A stretch of DNA of 64,000 nucleotides from positions 3,429-67,428 of the forward strand of contig CAVJUB010000003.1 in assembly GCA_963652545.1 (NCBI GenBank), read 5' to 3'. Of this stretch, positions 1 to 9,335 are shown piece by piece. Positions within the stretch are counted from its first letter, which is position 1. Every line of letters begins with the position of its first letter. This stretch comes from Hallella faecis. Lineage in GTDB: Bacteria > Pseudomonadota > Gammaproteobacteria > Burkholderiales > Burkholderiaceae_F. The notes under the pieces are model-generated. The model had not been told where the DNA came from, did not search any database, and worked only from the letters and a program-made list of their open reading frames with translations. Both the position numbers and the translations under genes were made by a program.

Positions 1-819
1 GAAGATGTTGAGCCCCTTGTTCTCCATGGCGCCGAAGTTGAAGTCGTCGGTCGCCACGATCATGAAGCGGTTCAAGTCGAGTTCCAGCCCGAAGCGCTCT
101 TCGTCCCAGAAGATCGCCTTCTTGAGGCTCGTGAGCGCCCAGGCGCTCTTTTCATAATTCTTTTCGTCCGTCCAGACCTGAAGCAGGCATTCGTGGCCGT
201 TCTTCAAGGTCACCTTCTCGCTGCGGTCCACGAAGGCGCCCGCCACCAGGGCAAAGAGGTAGCAGGGCTTCTTGAAGGGATCCTCCCAGCGCACCCAGTG
301 ACGGCCTTCGTCCTCTTCGCCGCTGTCAACGAGGTTGCCGTTGCTCAAGAGCACCGGGTAGGCCGTCTTGTCGGCGTGGATCGTCACCGTGAAGCGGCTC
401 ATCACGTCGGGGCGGTCGGGCCAGTACGTGATCGCCCGGAAGCCTTCGGCTTCGCACTGGCTCATGAAAGCGCCGCTGCTCATGTAGATGCCGGAGAGAT
501 CGGTGTTCTTCGCGGCGGAGAAGCGGTTCACGATGGTGAGCGTCGTCTGGTGGCGCACGCCGAAAATGGTGAGCGTCGTGTCCGTGAGGCGGTAGCGGTC
601 GCTTGCGGCCGGCGCGCCGTCGATCGAAAGGCTCTCAAAAGTGAGGTTTTTGGCGTTGAGGACGAGGTTGCTCTCCCCGGACTGACGCTGAGGCGTCACC
701 TTCATCTTGTTGGTGACGAGCGTGGATTCGGGATCGAGCACGAAGTCAAGCTCCACCGAGTCGATGGAGTGAGAGAAGGGCCGGTAGTTCCGACGGTAGA
801 CGGTGGCGGATTCAGTCAC
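1..819 (-). CDS. pepN: Aminopeptidase N, 5' part (runs off the left edge)
   Basis: Manual translation from GTG at 819 gives TESATVYRRNYRP... and ends in DFNFGAMENKGLNIF (M1 peptidase GAMEN motif). Not in the ORF track. Confidence 0.93.
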   Translation of the reverse strand, partial: MTESATVYRRNYRPFSHSIDSVELDFVLDPESTLVTNKMKVTPQRQSGESNLVLNAKNLTFESLSIDGAPAASDRYRLTDTTLTIFGVRHQTTLTIVNRFSAAKNTDLSGIYMSSGAFMSQCEAEGFRAITYWPDRPDVMSRFTVTIHADKTAYPVLLSNGNLVDSGEEDEGRHWVRWEDPFKKPCYLFALVAGAFVDRSEKVTLKNGHECLLQVWTDEKNYEKSAWALTSLKKAIFWDEERFGLELDLNRFMIVATDDFNFGAMENKGLNIF

Positions 820-908
820 TTTTTTGAGTCCGAACAGGTAAAAGAAAAACGGCAGGATTGTAGCGCGGCAAGGCCTCGGGACGCGGGGCGCCGAGACCAA
901 TAAAAATC

Positions 909-937
909 AAGCCCGAAGGCCGTGAGGCGTTCGGGCT
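909..937 (-). terminator. Putative intrinsic terminator of the cytochrome c gene
   Basis: AGCCCGAA...TTCGGGCT stem followed by a T-run on the minus strand. Confidence 0.55.
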
Positions 938-969
938 CGGGGCGACTTTTTCAAGTCAGAAATCTGAAA

Positions 970-1551
970 TTATTCTTCAGACTTCGCTTCTTCGGCGTCG
1001 CGGTTGTGGCCGGCGGTCGCGTGGCAGGCGATGCAGTCCGCTTCCTGCGATTCAGCCATCATCTTGTGCATCGGAGCAACCATCGGCTTGGCGGGGTTGA
1101 CCTTGAAGTTGGCGAGGTCATGGCAGCCGCGGCAGTTCTGGAAGCCGGTGGAGCGGGCCCAGTTGAGATACTTCTCGGAGAGCTCGTCGCGCTTCTCGAT
1201 CTGCTTGTCCATCGTGCTCATCGTGCCGCGGATCTGGCCCCAGAGGGAGGACGAGCCGCACTGCATCTTGTGGAAGAGGAGGCCCACGACCTGAGCCTGG
1301 CCGATGGAGTGCTGGGATTCATACTTCAGGTGGCAGTCCACGCAGCCCACTTCGAAGCCCGAGTGGGTCTGGCCGTGAAGGCCCTTCTTGTAGGTGGCGT
1401 AGGCATCATCCATCGAGTGGCAGAAGCTGCCGCAGAACTGGGTGGAGCCGGACCAGTGCACGACGGCCGTGCCGGCGGAGACGAGGGCGACGCCCACCAC
1501 GATGCCGACGATGAGAAGGCCGCCGACAAACCACTTGCTGTTTCTGTTCAT
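970..1551 (-). CDS. NapC/NirT-family membrane-anchored tetraheme cytochrome c
   Basis: N-terminal TM helix; heme motifs CGSFCH, CVDCH, CRGCH, CIACH. Confidence 0.88.
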   Translation of the reverse strand: MNRNSKWFVGGLLIVGIVVGVALVSAGTAVVHWSGSTQFCGSFCHSMDDAYATYKKGLHGQTHSGFEVGCVDCHLKYESQHSIGQAQVVGLLFHKMQCGSSSLWGQIRGTMSTMDKQIEKRDELSEKYLNWARSTGFQNCRGCHDLANFKVNPAKPMVAPMHKMMAESQEADCIACHATAGHNRDAEEAKSEE

Positions 1552-1849
1552 GAGAATTCTCCGTGACTCTCCGCGGGAGTCGGAGCGCCGAAATGAAAGG
1601 GGTCAGCGCCGCCGTGCGGAAAATCTGTGTTTGTTGTTGCTTCGTCGCCTGGCCGACCGAGGAAGCCGGAGACGAAGTCAGTTCAGGGCGGTATCTTAGC
1701 CGAAACAAGGCGCTCCCGTTCAGACAGCCTTAAGCTTAAAAGCGTGCGTAAAAGGGGCGTTTCACTTCTGAAAAGACGAACCCGGCGGTCAAATGTCCGC
1801 CGGGTTCAACGATAAGCGCTGGTTTGATTTAAGAATACATCCCGCGGTA

Positions 1850-2659
1850 TTAGGTGAAAAGCCCGATGACAATGCTCTGCGCTGATAGGTTGGCTTCTGC
1901 GGTATCCCCTACGTGAAGCCCGTGGTTGCGGCGCGAGAAGCCCACGAGCGACAGGCCGCCCGCAAGGCGCAGCGTGACTTCGCCGCCTTTTTCGGCGCGG
2001 GACATCCGCACGATGGTGCCGCGCAGGATGTTGCAGCCGGCGCTGGGCGGAATGTGCGCCGCCACTTCGACGGCGGTCGCCTTGGAAAGGGCGAGCACCT
2101 TCATTCCCTGCTTGAGCCCCATGAGCTGGGCGCTTTCCTGCGTGAGGGTGGCGCGCACGGTGTTCTCTTCGTCAATCTTCAGATAGACGCGCACGCGCGC
2201 GGGGCCGTGCTCCACCTTGCTGATGACGGAGGGAAGGTGGTTTCTCATGGAGGTGCGCAGCGTGGAGGCCGAGAGGTTCGCAAGCTCCGGGAAGTGCTCG
2301 GCCTCAAAGTTCGCAAGCACGGCGGCGCGTGCGGCCGCGAGCCGCGTCGCAAGATCCACGACCTGAAGGCCGACGGGCGTGAGGCGCGTGCCGCCGCCTT
2401 TGACGCCTCCCACGGCTTTTTCGACGAGGGGGCTCCCGGTGAGGTTCGAAAGCGTTTCAATCGCCTGCCAGGCCGCCTTGTAGGAAACGCCGGCGGAGCG
2501 GGCGGCTTCGGAAATGGAGCCTGTTTCGTGAATGCGGCGAAGGATGTCCAGACGCTTGTCCACCATGCTCCCCAGCTGCTGGGTGAGGCCGATGGGGTCG
2601 GCGAGCCTGGCGTTCTCAGACGCGGGGGCCGGGGCGGCGGTTTCGAGATTTTCTGCCAT
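1850..2659 (-). CDS. modE: Molybdate-responsive transcriptional regulator
   Basis: wHTH GSISEAARSAGVSYKAAW, plus GGGTRLT and two TOBE domains; divergent from modA. Confidence 0.92.
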   Translation of the reverse strand: MAENLETAAPAPASENARLADPIGLTQQLGSMVDKRLDILRRIHETGSISEAARSAGVSYKAAWQAIETLSNLTGSPLVEKAVGGVKGGGTRLTPVGLQVVDLATRLAAARAAVLANFEAEHFPELANLSASTLRTSMRNHLPSVISKVEHGPARVRVYLKIDEENTVRATLTQESAQLMGLKQGMKVLALSKATAVEVAAHIPPSAGCNILRGTIVRMSRAEKGGEVTLRLAGGLSLVGFSRRNHGLHVGDTAEANLSAQSIVIGLFT

Positions 2660-2767
2660 GGAAGTGATGCCGAAAAGTGACGATGGAGAGAGGGATTTTA
2701 TCGGGCTATTCCATGAGGGTAATGCAAAAGATGAATTACGCTGTTATCCTTACCGCCATTCCGATAC

Positions 2768-2790
2768 GGCTGTGCGCTTCAGGCATAACG
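2768..2790. promoter_or_regulatory. Possible ModE operator
   Basis: Imperfect dyad GGCTGTGC-N7-GCATAACG between modE and modA; only the right half fits well. Confidence 0.3.
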
Positions 2791-2878
2791 ACCCGAGGGC
2801 GGCGGCAGTGTTGGAACGCGCACTGCCGATTTTTATTAAAAAGACCGGTGTCGGTCTTTTTAGGAGAAAGGAAAACAC

Positions 2879-3637
2879 ATGAAATCCATCGCTTTCAAGG
2901 CCGCGGCTGCGGCTGTTCTCGCCGCCGTTGCCTCCGGCGCTCTGGCTGACGAAATCCACGTCGCCGTCGCCGCCAACTTCACCGCGCCCGCCAAGGATCT
3001 TGCTCCGATCTTTGAACAGCAGACCGGCCACAAGGTCATCCTGAGCTTCGGCTCCACCGGCATGTTCTACGGCCAGATCAAGAACGGCGCCACCTATGAC
3101 ATCCTGCTCGCCGCTGACGCGAAGACCCCGAAGAAGGCCGTCGCCGAGGGCTACGGCGTGGGCAGCTCCGTCTTCACGTATGCCGTGGGCAAGCTGGTCT
3201 TCTGGTCTTCTGACGCGAGCAAGATCAAGAACGGCCAGCAGGTCGTGACGAAGGCTGACTTCAACAAGTGCGCCGTCGCCAATCCGAAGCTCGCGCCCTA
3301 TGGTCTCGCCGCTTATGAAACGCTCGAGCACCTGAAGGCGATGCAGAAGGTTCAGCCCAAGTTCGTCGAAGGCGACAACATCGGCAAGACCTTCCAGTAC
3401 GTGAAGACGGGCAACGCCGACGTCGGCTTCGTCGCGCTGAGCCAGGTTTACAAGGACGGCAAGTTCACGAGCGGCTCCGGCTGGATCGTTCCCGACAACT
3501 TCTACGGCAAGATTCGCCAGGACGCCGTGCTGCTGAAGAACGGCAAGTCGCTTGCCGCCGCCAACCAGTTCCTGCAGTTCCTGAAGGGACCGGAAGCCGC
3601 CAAGGTGAAGATCGCCTACGGCTACGGCGACAAGTAA
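2879..3637 (+). CDS. modA: Molybdate ABC transporter periplasmic binding protein
   Basis: Signal peptide; VAVAANF, SFGSTG, ANPKLAPYG motifs; GGAG RBS. Confidence 0.95.
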   Translation: MKSIAFKAAAAAVLAAVASGALADEIHVAVAANFTAPAKDLAPIFEQQTGHKVILSFGSTGMFYGQIKNGATYDILLAADAKTPKKAVAEGYGVGSSVFTYAVGKLVFWSSDASKIKNGQQVVTKADFNKCAVANPKLAPYGLAAYETLEHLKAMQKVQPKFVEGDNIGKTFQYVKTGNADVGFVALSQVYKDGKFTSGSGWIVPDNFYGKIRQDAVLLKNGKSLAAANQFLQFLKGPEAAKVKIAYGYGDK

Positions 3638-3679
3638 TCGTCTGAAGAGACAAGGCAAAAGGCGTCTGAGAGGTCAACT

Positions 3680-4357
3680 GTGGAAGAAATCTCCCTGGAG
3701 CCCGTGTGGCTCAGCTTGGAACTGGCGGTCGTCACGACCGTGGTGCTTCTGGCGCTCTCGGCGCCGCTTGCCTGGTGGCTCGCCCGGTCGAAAAGTCCGT
3801 GGCGCGCCCCGATCGGGGCCATTGTCACGCTGCCCCTCGTGCTGCCGCCGTCGGTGATGGGCTTTTACATCCTCGTCGCCCTCGGGCCGCACGGTCCTTT
3901 GGGACAGCTTACGCAGAGCCTGGGACTGGGGCTTCTCACCTTCACGTTCCCGGGGCTGGTGATCGGCTCCCTCGTTTATTCGCTTCCCTTCGCGGTGCAG
4001 CCCCTGCAAGGCGCCTTTGAGGCGCTCGGGGACCGGCCGATGGAAGTGGCGGCGACCTTGGGCGCGAAGCCCATCGACGCGTTCTTCTCCGTGGTGCTTC
4101 CGCTGGTGCGTCCGGGCGTCTTTACGGCGACGGTTCTCACTTTCGCGCACACCATCGGCGAATTCGGCGTCGTTCTCATGATCGGCGGCAACATCCCCGG
4201 CAAGACCCAGGTGGTGTCCACCGAGATCTACACGTTTGTGGAAGCCATGGAGTATGACAAGGCGCACATACTCGCGGGCGGCATGCTCGTCTTCTCCTTC
4301 ATTGTTTTGCTGTGCCTCAGTTTCCTTAACCGCCGCGCCAAGGCTGTGAGTTTCTAA
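3680..4357 (+). CDS. modB: Molybdate ABC transporter permease
   Basis: [13 protein letters not shown] and [20 protein letters not shown] motifs. Confidence 0.95.
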   Translation: MEEISLEPVWLSLELAVVTTVVLLALSAPLAWWLARSKSPWRAPIGAIVTLPLVLPPSVMGFYILVALGPHGPLGQLTQSLGLGLLTFTFPGLVIGSLVYSLPFAVQPLQGAFEALGDRPMEVAATLGAKPIDAFFSVVLPLVRPGVFTATVLTFAHTIGEFGVVLMIGGNIPGKTQVVSTEIYTFVEAMEYDKAHILAGGMLVFSFIVLLCLSFLNRRAKAVSF

Positions 4358-4367
4358 AGGAGTCGCT

Positions 4368-5216
4368 GTGTCTGGAATGGTTGAAGTCCGGCTCGACCGG
4401 TCGGCGGGTTTTTCGCTGGATGTCAGTTTTACGGTGCCTGATGACGGCGTCACGGCGCTTTTCGGCCCCTCGGGCTGTGGCAAGACGACGGTGCTGCGCT
4501 CGGTGGCGGGGCTGGAGCACGCCAAGGGGCGCGTCGAAATGGCGGGTCAGGTCTGGCAGGACGACGAAAAGAAGATCTTCGTCCCCACGTACGCGCGTCG
4601 TCTCGGCTACGTCTTTCAGGAGGCGAGCCTTTTTGATCATCTCTCCATCCGCCAGAATCTTGAGTACGGCATGAAGCGCATCAAGGATGCGGACGCCGAA
4701 GAGCGCCTCACGGCGGCGGTGGAGCTTCTGGGGATCGGGCACCTTTTGACGCGCCGCACGTCCGAACTCTCGGGCGGCGAGCGCCAGCGCGTCGCCATCG
4801 CCAGAAGCCTTGCGGTGCGTCCGACGGCGCTCTTGATGGACGAGCCCCTGGCGAGTCTTGACAACCAGCGCCGCCGCGAAATCATGCCGTGGCTTGAAAA
4901 GCTGCGCGAATCGCTCAACATCCCCATTCTCTACGTCACGCATTCCGACGAAGAGGTCATGCGCTTTGCGGACCGCGTCGTGATGCTGAAGCAGGGGCGA
5001 AAGATTGCCGAGGGCGCTGTTGAAGAAGTGTTCGCCAAGAGCCGCACGCTGACGAGTCTGCCGGCGGAAATTCTGGAGCGTGACGAGGACGGGCACCGCA
5101 TCCGCGTCAAGGTGGAGGAATTGGGCGGCGCCGAGCTCTGGGTCGCGGAGATTCCGGGCGCCGTGGGCTCCACGGTGCTGCTCGACCTTTCCGCCAAGGA
5201 GCGGGTGTCGCAGTAG
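4368..5216 (+). CDS. modC: Molybdate ABC transporter ATPase (short C-terminus)
   Basis: Walker A GPSGCGKT, signature LSGGERQ, Walker B LMDEP, YVTH. Confidence 0.93.
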   Translation: MSGMVEVRLDRSAGFSLDVSFTVPDDGVTALFGPSGCGKTTVLRSVAGLEHAKGRVEMAGQVWQDDEKKIFVPTYARRLGYVFQEASLFDHLSIRQNLEYGMKRIKDADAEERLTAAVELLGIGHLLTRRTSELSGGERQRVAIARSLAVRPTALLMDEPLASLDNQRRREIMPWLEKLRESLNIPILYVTHSDEEVMRFADRVVMLKQGRKIAEGAVEEVFAKSRTLTSLPAEILERDEDGHRIRVKVEELGGAELWVAEIPGAVGSTVLLDLSAKERVSQ

Positions 5217-5316
5217 CGCGGAACGGCCGGGCATTGGTCGGCAAATCGGGCTTTCTTCTGATGTCGGCCGAAAGCGGGTGTCGGTAGAATGACGGCACCG
5301 AACATTTCTGCAGAAC

Positions 5317-5353
5317 AAGCGGTTCGGAGGTGATTCTCTGGACCGCTTTTTTT
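5317..5353 (+). terminator. Intrinsic terminator between modC and argF
   Basis: 13-bp stem AAGCGGTTCGGAG / CTCTGGACCGCTT followed by a T-run. Confidence 0.65.
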
Positions 5354-5378
5354 GAAACTTTTTTAGGGTGTCAAGACG

Positions 5379-6308
5379 ATGTCTGTCCGTCATTTTCTGA
5401 AGCTGGCTGACTTCACGGCCGATGAACTCAACTACATGCTCGAGCGCGCTCACGCCATCAAGGCGCTCGTGAAGAACGGCGTCGCGTACGAGCCGTTCCA
5501 CGGCAAGGTGCTCGCGATGATTTTTGAGAAGGCGAGCACCCGCACGCGCGTCTCCTTTGAAACGGGCTTTTATCAGTTCGGCGGCAATGTCATCAACCTC
5601 ACGAGCCAGGGCTCGCAGCTCGGGCGCTCCGAATCCATCGAAGACACCGCGAAGGTCGTCTCCCGCATGGTGGACCTCGTCATGATCCGCACCTTCGGCC
5701 AGGATCGTTTGGAAGCCTTTGCCAACAACAGCAAGGTGCCCGTCATCAACGGTCTCACGAACGAATACCACCCCGTGCAGATCATGACCGACATCATGAC
5801 CTTTGAAGAGCACTGCGGCTCCATCAAGGGCAAGAAGGTGGCCTGGATCGGCGACGCGAACAACATGAGCTACTCGTGGCTCGAGGCGGCGAAGATCCTG
5901 GGCTTTCACTTGACGCTCGCGATCCCCGAGGGCTACGAGCTCGACACGTCCCTCATTCCCGCGGGCACGGACTACTACGACGTGGTGCGCGATCCGGTGG
6001 AGGCCGCCAAGGGCGCCGACCTCGTGACGACCGACGTCTGGACCTCGATGGGCTTTGAAGAAGAAAACGCGAAGCGCCGCAAGGACTTCGCCGCCTACCA
6101 GGTGAACGCCGCCGTGATGGCGGCCGCCAATCCCGGCGCCGTGTTCATGCACTGCCTGCCCGCGCACCGCGGCGAGGAAGTGACGGCGGAAGTGATTGAC
6201 GGCCCGCAGTCCGTGGTGTGGGACGAAGCGGAGAACCGCCTCCACGCGCAGAAGGGCATCATGGAATTCTGCCTGCTGGGTCAGATCAAGACGGGCAAGA
6301 AGGCTTGA
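5379..6308 (+). CDS. argF: Ornithine carbamoyltransferase
   Basis: STRTR, HPVQ, SMG and HCLP motifs. Confidence 0.96.
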   Translation: MSVRHFLKLADFTADELNYMLERAHAIKALVKNGVAYEPFHGKVLAMIFEKASTRTRVSFETGFYQFGGNVINLTSQGSQLGRSESIEDTAKVVSRMVDLVMIRTFGQDRLEAFANNSKVPVINGLTNEYHPVQIMTDIMTFEEHCGSIKGKKVAWIGDANNMSYSWLEAAKILGFHLTLAIPEGYELDTSLIPAGTDYYDVVRDPVEAAKGADLVTTDVWTSMGFEEENAKRRKDFAAYQVNAAVMAAANPGAVFMHCLPAHRGEEVTAEVIDGPQSVVWDEAENRLHAQKGIMEFCLLGQIKTGKKA

Positions 6309-7099
6309 TGGCGGACTTTCGACGGGCGGCTCCGGCCGCTGCGCCCGCTGACGGCCTGGTGCGGCTCAGCAAGCGCATGAGCGAGCTAGGCTTGGCGAGC
6401 CGGCGCGAGGCGGACGTCTGGATCGAGGAGGGGCGGGTTCTTGTGAACGGCCGCCCCGCCGTGCTCGGCCAGAAGGTGGGCCCTCAGGACAAGATCACGG
6501 TTGCGGACTCGGCGCGCGCCGAGCAGAGCGAGCGCGTCACGGTGATTCTCAACAAGCCCGTGGGCTACGTGAGCGGGCAGGCCGAAGACGGCTATGAACC
6601 CGCGAAGGTGCTCATCCGGCCGGAAAACCGGTGGCGCGACGATCGCAGCCCTCGGCGCTTTTCGCGCCGGCAGTTGGAGCACCTCGTGCCCGCCGGGCGC
6701 CTTGACATCGATTCCGTGGGGCTCTTGGTTCTTACGCAGGACGGCCGGGTCGCCAAGCGCATCATTGACGAAAAGAGCACGGTGGACAAGGAGTACATCG
6801 TGCGCGTCGCCAACGCGGACGGCACCGTGCCGCCGCAGCTGTCCGAACGCAATCTGCGGCTACTCAACTTCGGCTTGTCGCTGGACGGCGAAAAACTCCT
6901 GCCCGCTAAAGTGGAGTGGCTCAATGACGACGAGCTGCGCTTCGTGCTGCAGGAAGGCAAGAAGCGGCAGATTCGCCGCATGTGCGAGGCGGTGGGGCTC
7001 AAAGTGGTGCGCCTCAAACGCGTGCGCGTAGGAGGCGTCGTTCTCGGGCGGCTCCCGGTGGGCTGCTGGCGTTATCTCGCCGACGACGAGCGCTTCTGA
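6308..7099 (+). CDS. rRNA pseudouridine synthase, RsuA/RluB/RluF family
   Basis: S4 domain SRREAD, NKPVGY, catalytic GRLD, EGKKRQIRRM; ATG overlaps the argF stop. Confidence 0.9.
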   Translation: MADFRRAAPAAAPADGLVRLSKRMSELGLASRREADVWIEEGRVLVNGRPAVLGQKVGPQDKITVADSARAEQSERVTVILNKPVGYVSGQAEDGYEPAKVLIRPENRWRDDRSPRRFSRRQLEHLVPAGRLDIDSVGLLVLTQDGRVAKRIIDEKSTVDKEYIVRVANADGTVPPQLSERNLRLLNFGLSLDGEKLLPAKVEWLNDDELRFVLQEGKKRQIRRMCEAVGLKVVRLKRVRVGGVVLGRLPVGCWRYLADDERF

Positions 7100-7166
7100 C
7101 GCGGTTAGAATCCTCACGCGCCGTTCCGATTCCGGGACGGCATTTTCAATGCAAGAAGGCATCTTC

Positions 7167-7742
7167 ATGGCCGATCAGACCAATACCGACGACGATGACG
7201 ACGAGGGCGTGAAGCTCCCCGGACTTCCCGCCAACACGAAGAACTACATGACGCCGGCCTGCTACCGGCGGCTGCTGGACGAGCGCGAGCACCTCGTGAA
7301 CGTCGAGCGCCCGCAGGTGGTGAACGTGGTTTCCTGGGCGGCGAGCAACGGCGACCGCAGTGAAAACGGCGACTACCAGTACGGCAAGCGCCGCCTGCGC
7401 GAGATTGACCGCCGCATTCGCTTTCTCAACAAGCGCGTGGAGTCCGCGGAAGTGGTGGATCCCGAAACGCGTCCGGCGACGGATCAGGTCTTTTTCGGCG
7501 CCACGGTGACCTACGAGAATCTCACCGCCGGGACCGAGCACACGATCCGCATCGTGGGGATTGACGAAGCCGATCCCGAGCACGGCGACGTGAGCTGGAT
7601 CAGTCCGATCGCCCGCGTGTTCCTGAAAGCGCGCGAAGGGGACGAGGTGAAGCTGCCGACGCCCGCGACGATTGACCACCCGGCGCGCGTGGAAACCCTT
7701 GAAATCGTGGAAGTGAAGTACACCAGCGAACAGCCCTACTGA
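7167..7742 (+). CDS. greB: Transcription elongation factor GreB
   Basis: WAASNGDRSENGDYQYGKRRLREIDRRIRFL; alternative start at 7149. Confidence 0.95.
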   Translation: MADQTNTDDDDDEGVKLPGLPANTKNYMTPACYRRLLDEREHLVNVERPQVVNVVSWAASNGDRSENGDYQYGKRRLREIDRRIRFLNKRVESAEVVDPETRPATDQVFFGATVTYENLTAGTEHTIRIVGIDEADPEHGDVSWISPIARVFLKAREGDEVKLPTPATIDHPARVETLEIVEVKYTSEQPY

Positions 7743-7772
7743 TCGCATGGTTATTCACTGTGCCACAGCACG

Positions 7773-7796
7773 AAGCCGGCCTTGCGCCGGTTTTTT
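7773..7796 (+). terminator. greB terminator
   Basis: AAGCCGGC-cttgc-GCCGGTT followed by a T-run. Confidence 0.6.
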
Positions 7797-7816
7797 CATG
7801 CCGGGTGACGGGCAAC

Positions 7817-7904
7817 AATTCTGCATTTCGTGCGGAATCGGCGAAAAACATTTGTGCATTTCGTGCGAAACCGGCGTTTAAAAATTGTGCATTCTGTGCA
7901 AATT
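7817..7904. repeat. Three degenerate direct repeats with 33-bp period
   Basis: TGCATTTCGTGCG at 7822 and 7855; TGCATTCTGTGCA at 7888. Confidence 0.8.
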
Positions 7905-7952
7905 GTCTAAAATCAACGCGGTTCAAAAAAGGAGCGGAAGACGGGAGGCGAA

Positions 7953-9287
7953 ATGGAAATTCGGCGCAAAGCTTTGGCGAAGCTCTGGCAGTGGAAGCAG
8001 GAATCGAACGGAACGTCGGCGCTCTTGATTGAGGGGGCGCGACGGGTGGGAAAGAGCTACCTCATCCGTCAGTTTGTGAAAGAGGCTTACAAAAGCGCCA
8101 TCATTGTTGATTTTTCAGACGTCAGCAAGACGGAAATAGAAATTTTTGAGAATTTTTCTTCGGATCGCAATGAGTTCTATTCGCGGCTTGCGGCGGTGAA
8201 GGGCGTGGAGCTTTTCCCGCGGGAGTCGTGCCTTGTCTTTGACGAAGTGCAGCGCTATCCCAAGGCGCGGCAGCTCGTGAAGCATCTGGTGGCGGACGGT
8301 CGCTGCGACATCCTGGAGACTGGCTCGCTCATCAGCCTGCGGGCCAATGTGAAGGACATCGTCATCCCGTCGGAAGAGGAGAAGCTGGAGCTCTGTCCAC
8401 TTGACTTGGAAGAATTTGCGGAAGCCGTGGGCAAGAAAGCGCTTTTTGAGGCGGCGCGGCAGGCGTTTGCGGAGGATCGGCCGATGGGACCGCTGCACCG
8501 AGAGATGATGAATCTCACGCGGCTCTACATGGTGGTGGGCGGCATGCCGCAGGTGGTGAGCGAGTATGCGGACAACGGCAATCTGCTCGCGGCGCGGCGC
8601 CGTCAGCAGCAGATCCTGACGCTGTATCGCGACGACATGGCGGCCTTCGCCGCGAGGGAGGCGGCGAAGGTGCGGGCGCTCTTTGACGAGGTGCCGGCGC
8701 AGCTTGCTAAGTCGAAGAAGATCTTCCGGCTCTCAAGCCTCAGCAAGACGATTCGGCGGCGCGATTACGAGGGGGCGTTTCAGTGGCTGGACGCTTCAAA
8801 GACGGTGAATTTGTGCTTCAACGCCACGAATCCGAGCGTCGGACTGCAGGTGGATTCGGAGCGGTCGGCGCGGAAGTGCTACCTGGCGGACACCGGTCTC
8901 CTGCTGTGCATGGCAATGGAGGACGGCACGGTCGACTCCAAGATCGTCAATGAGGTGCTCTACGACCGATTGAGCCTCAATGAGGGCCTGTTTTTCGAGA
9001 ATCTGATTGCGCAGATGATCCGAGCCAAGGGGGCGCGGCTTTTCTTTTACTCGCTGCCGCGCAGGGGAGAGGCGCCGGCGGTGGAGGTTGACTTTATGAT
9101 TCGACAGGGCCAGCAGATTTGTCCCATCGAAGTGAAGACGTCTAGCTATGCGGCGCATGCGTCGCTGGACCGCTTTGTCGCGAAGTACAGCGCTTGCTTG
9201 GGAAAGAAGTACATCCTCTATTCGAAGGACTATCGCCGGGAAGGCGACCGGCTGTACCTGCCGGTCTACATGACGCCGTTCATATGA
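7953..9287 (+). CDS. AAA ATPase (AAA_14-like) with DUF4143-like region and C-terminal PD-(D/E)XK nuclease motif
   Basis: GARRVGKS, VFDEVQ, ETGS, VGGMP, YLADTGLL, FEN, EVDF...PIEVK. Confidence 0.85.
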   Translation: MEIRRKALAKLWQWKQESNGTSALLIEGARRVGKSYLIRQFVKEAYKSAIIVDFSDVSKTEIEIFENFSSDRNEFYSRLAAVKGVELFPRESCLVFDEVQRYPKARQLVKHLVADGRCDILETGSLISLRANVKDIVIPSEEEKLELCPLDLEEFAEAVGKKALFEAARQAFAEDRPMGPLHREMMNLTRLYMVVGGMPQVVSEYADNGNLLAARRRQQQILTLYRDDMAAFAAREAAKVRALFDEVPAQLAKSKKIFRLSSLSKTIRRRDYEGAFQWLDASKTVNLCFNATNPSVGLQVDSERSARKCYLADTGLLLCMAMEDGTVDSKIVNEVLYDRLSLNEGLFFENLIAQMIRAKGARLFFYSLPRRGEAPAVEVDFMIRQGQQICPIEVKTSSYAAHASLDRFVAKYSACLGKKYILYSKDYRREGDRLYLPVYMTPFI

Positions 9288-9300
9288 AACGAGGCATAGT

Positions 9301-9326
9301 CAAAAGGCCGCCGAAGCGACCTTTTG
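9301..9326. terminator. Bidirectional terminator between the ATPase gene and spoT
   Basis: CAAAAGGCCGC-cgaa-GCGACCTTTTG. Confidence 0.65.
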
Positions 9327-9335
9327 ACTGACGGC

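Noticed and set aside
1640..1740. Moco riboswitch-like string (CAGGG...GAAAC...CTCCCGT) near the mod genes
   Set aside because: It is on the + strand with no + gene directly downstream, and the resemblance is partial. An Rfam scan would settle it.
7817..7904. CRISPR array
   Set aside because: Only three degenerate units with a 33-bp total period, no spacer-length unique segments and no cas genes.
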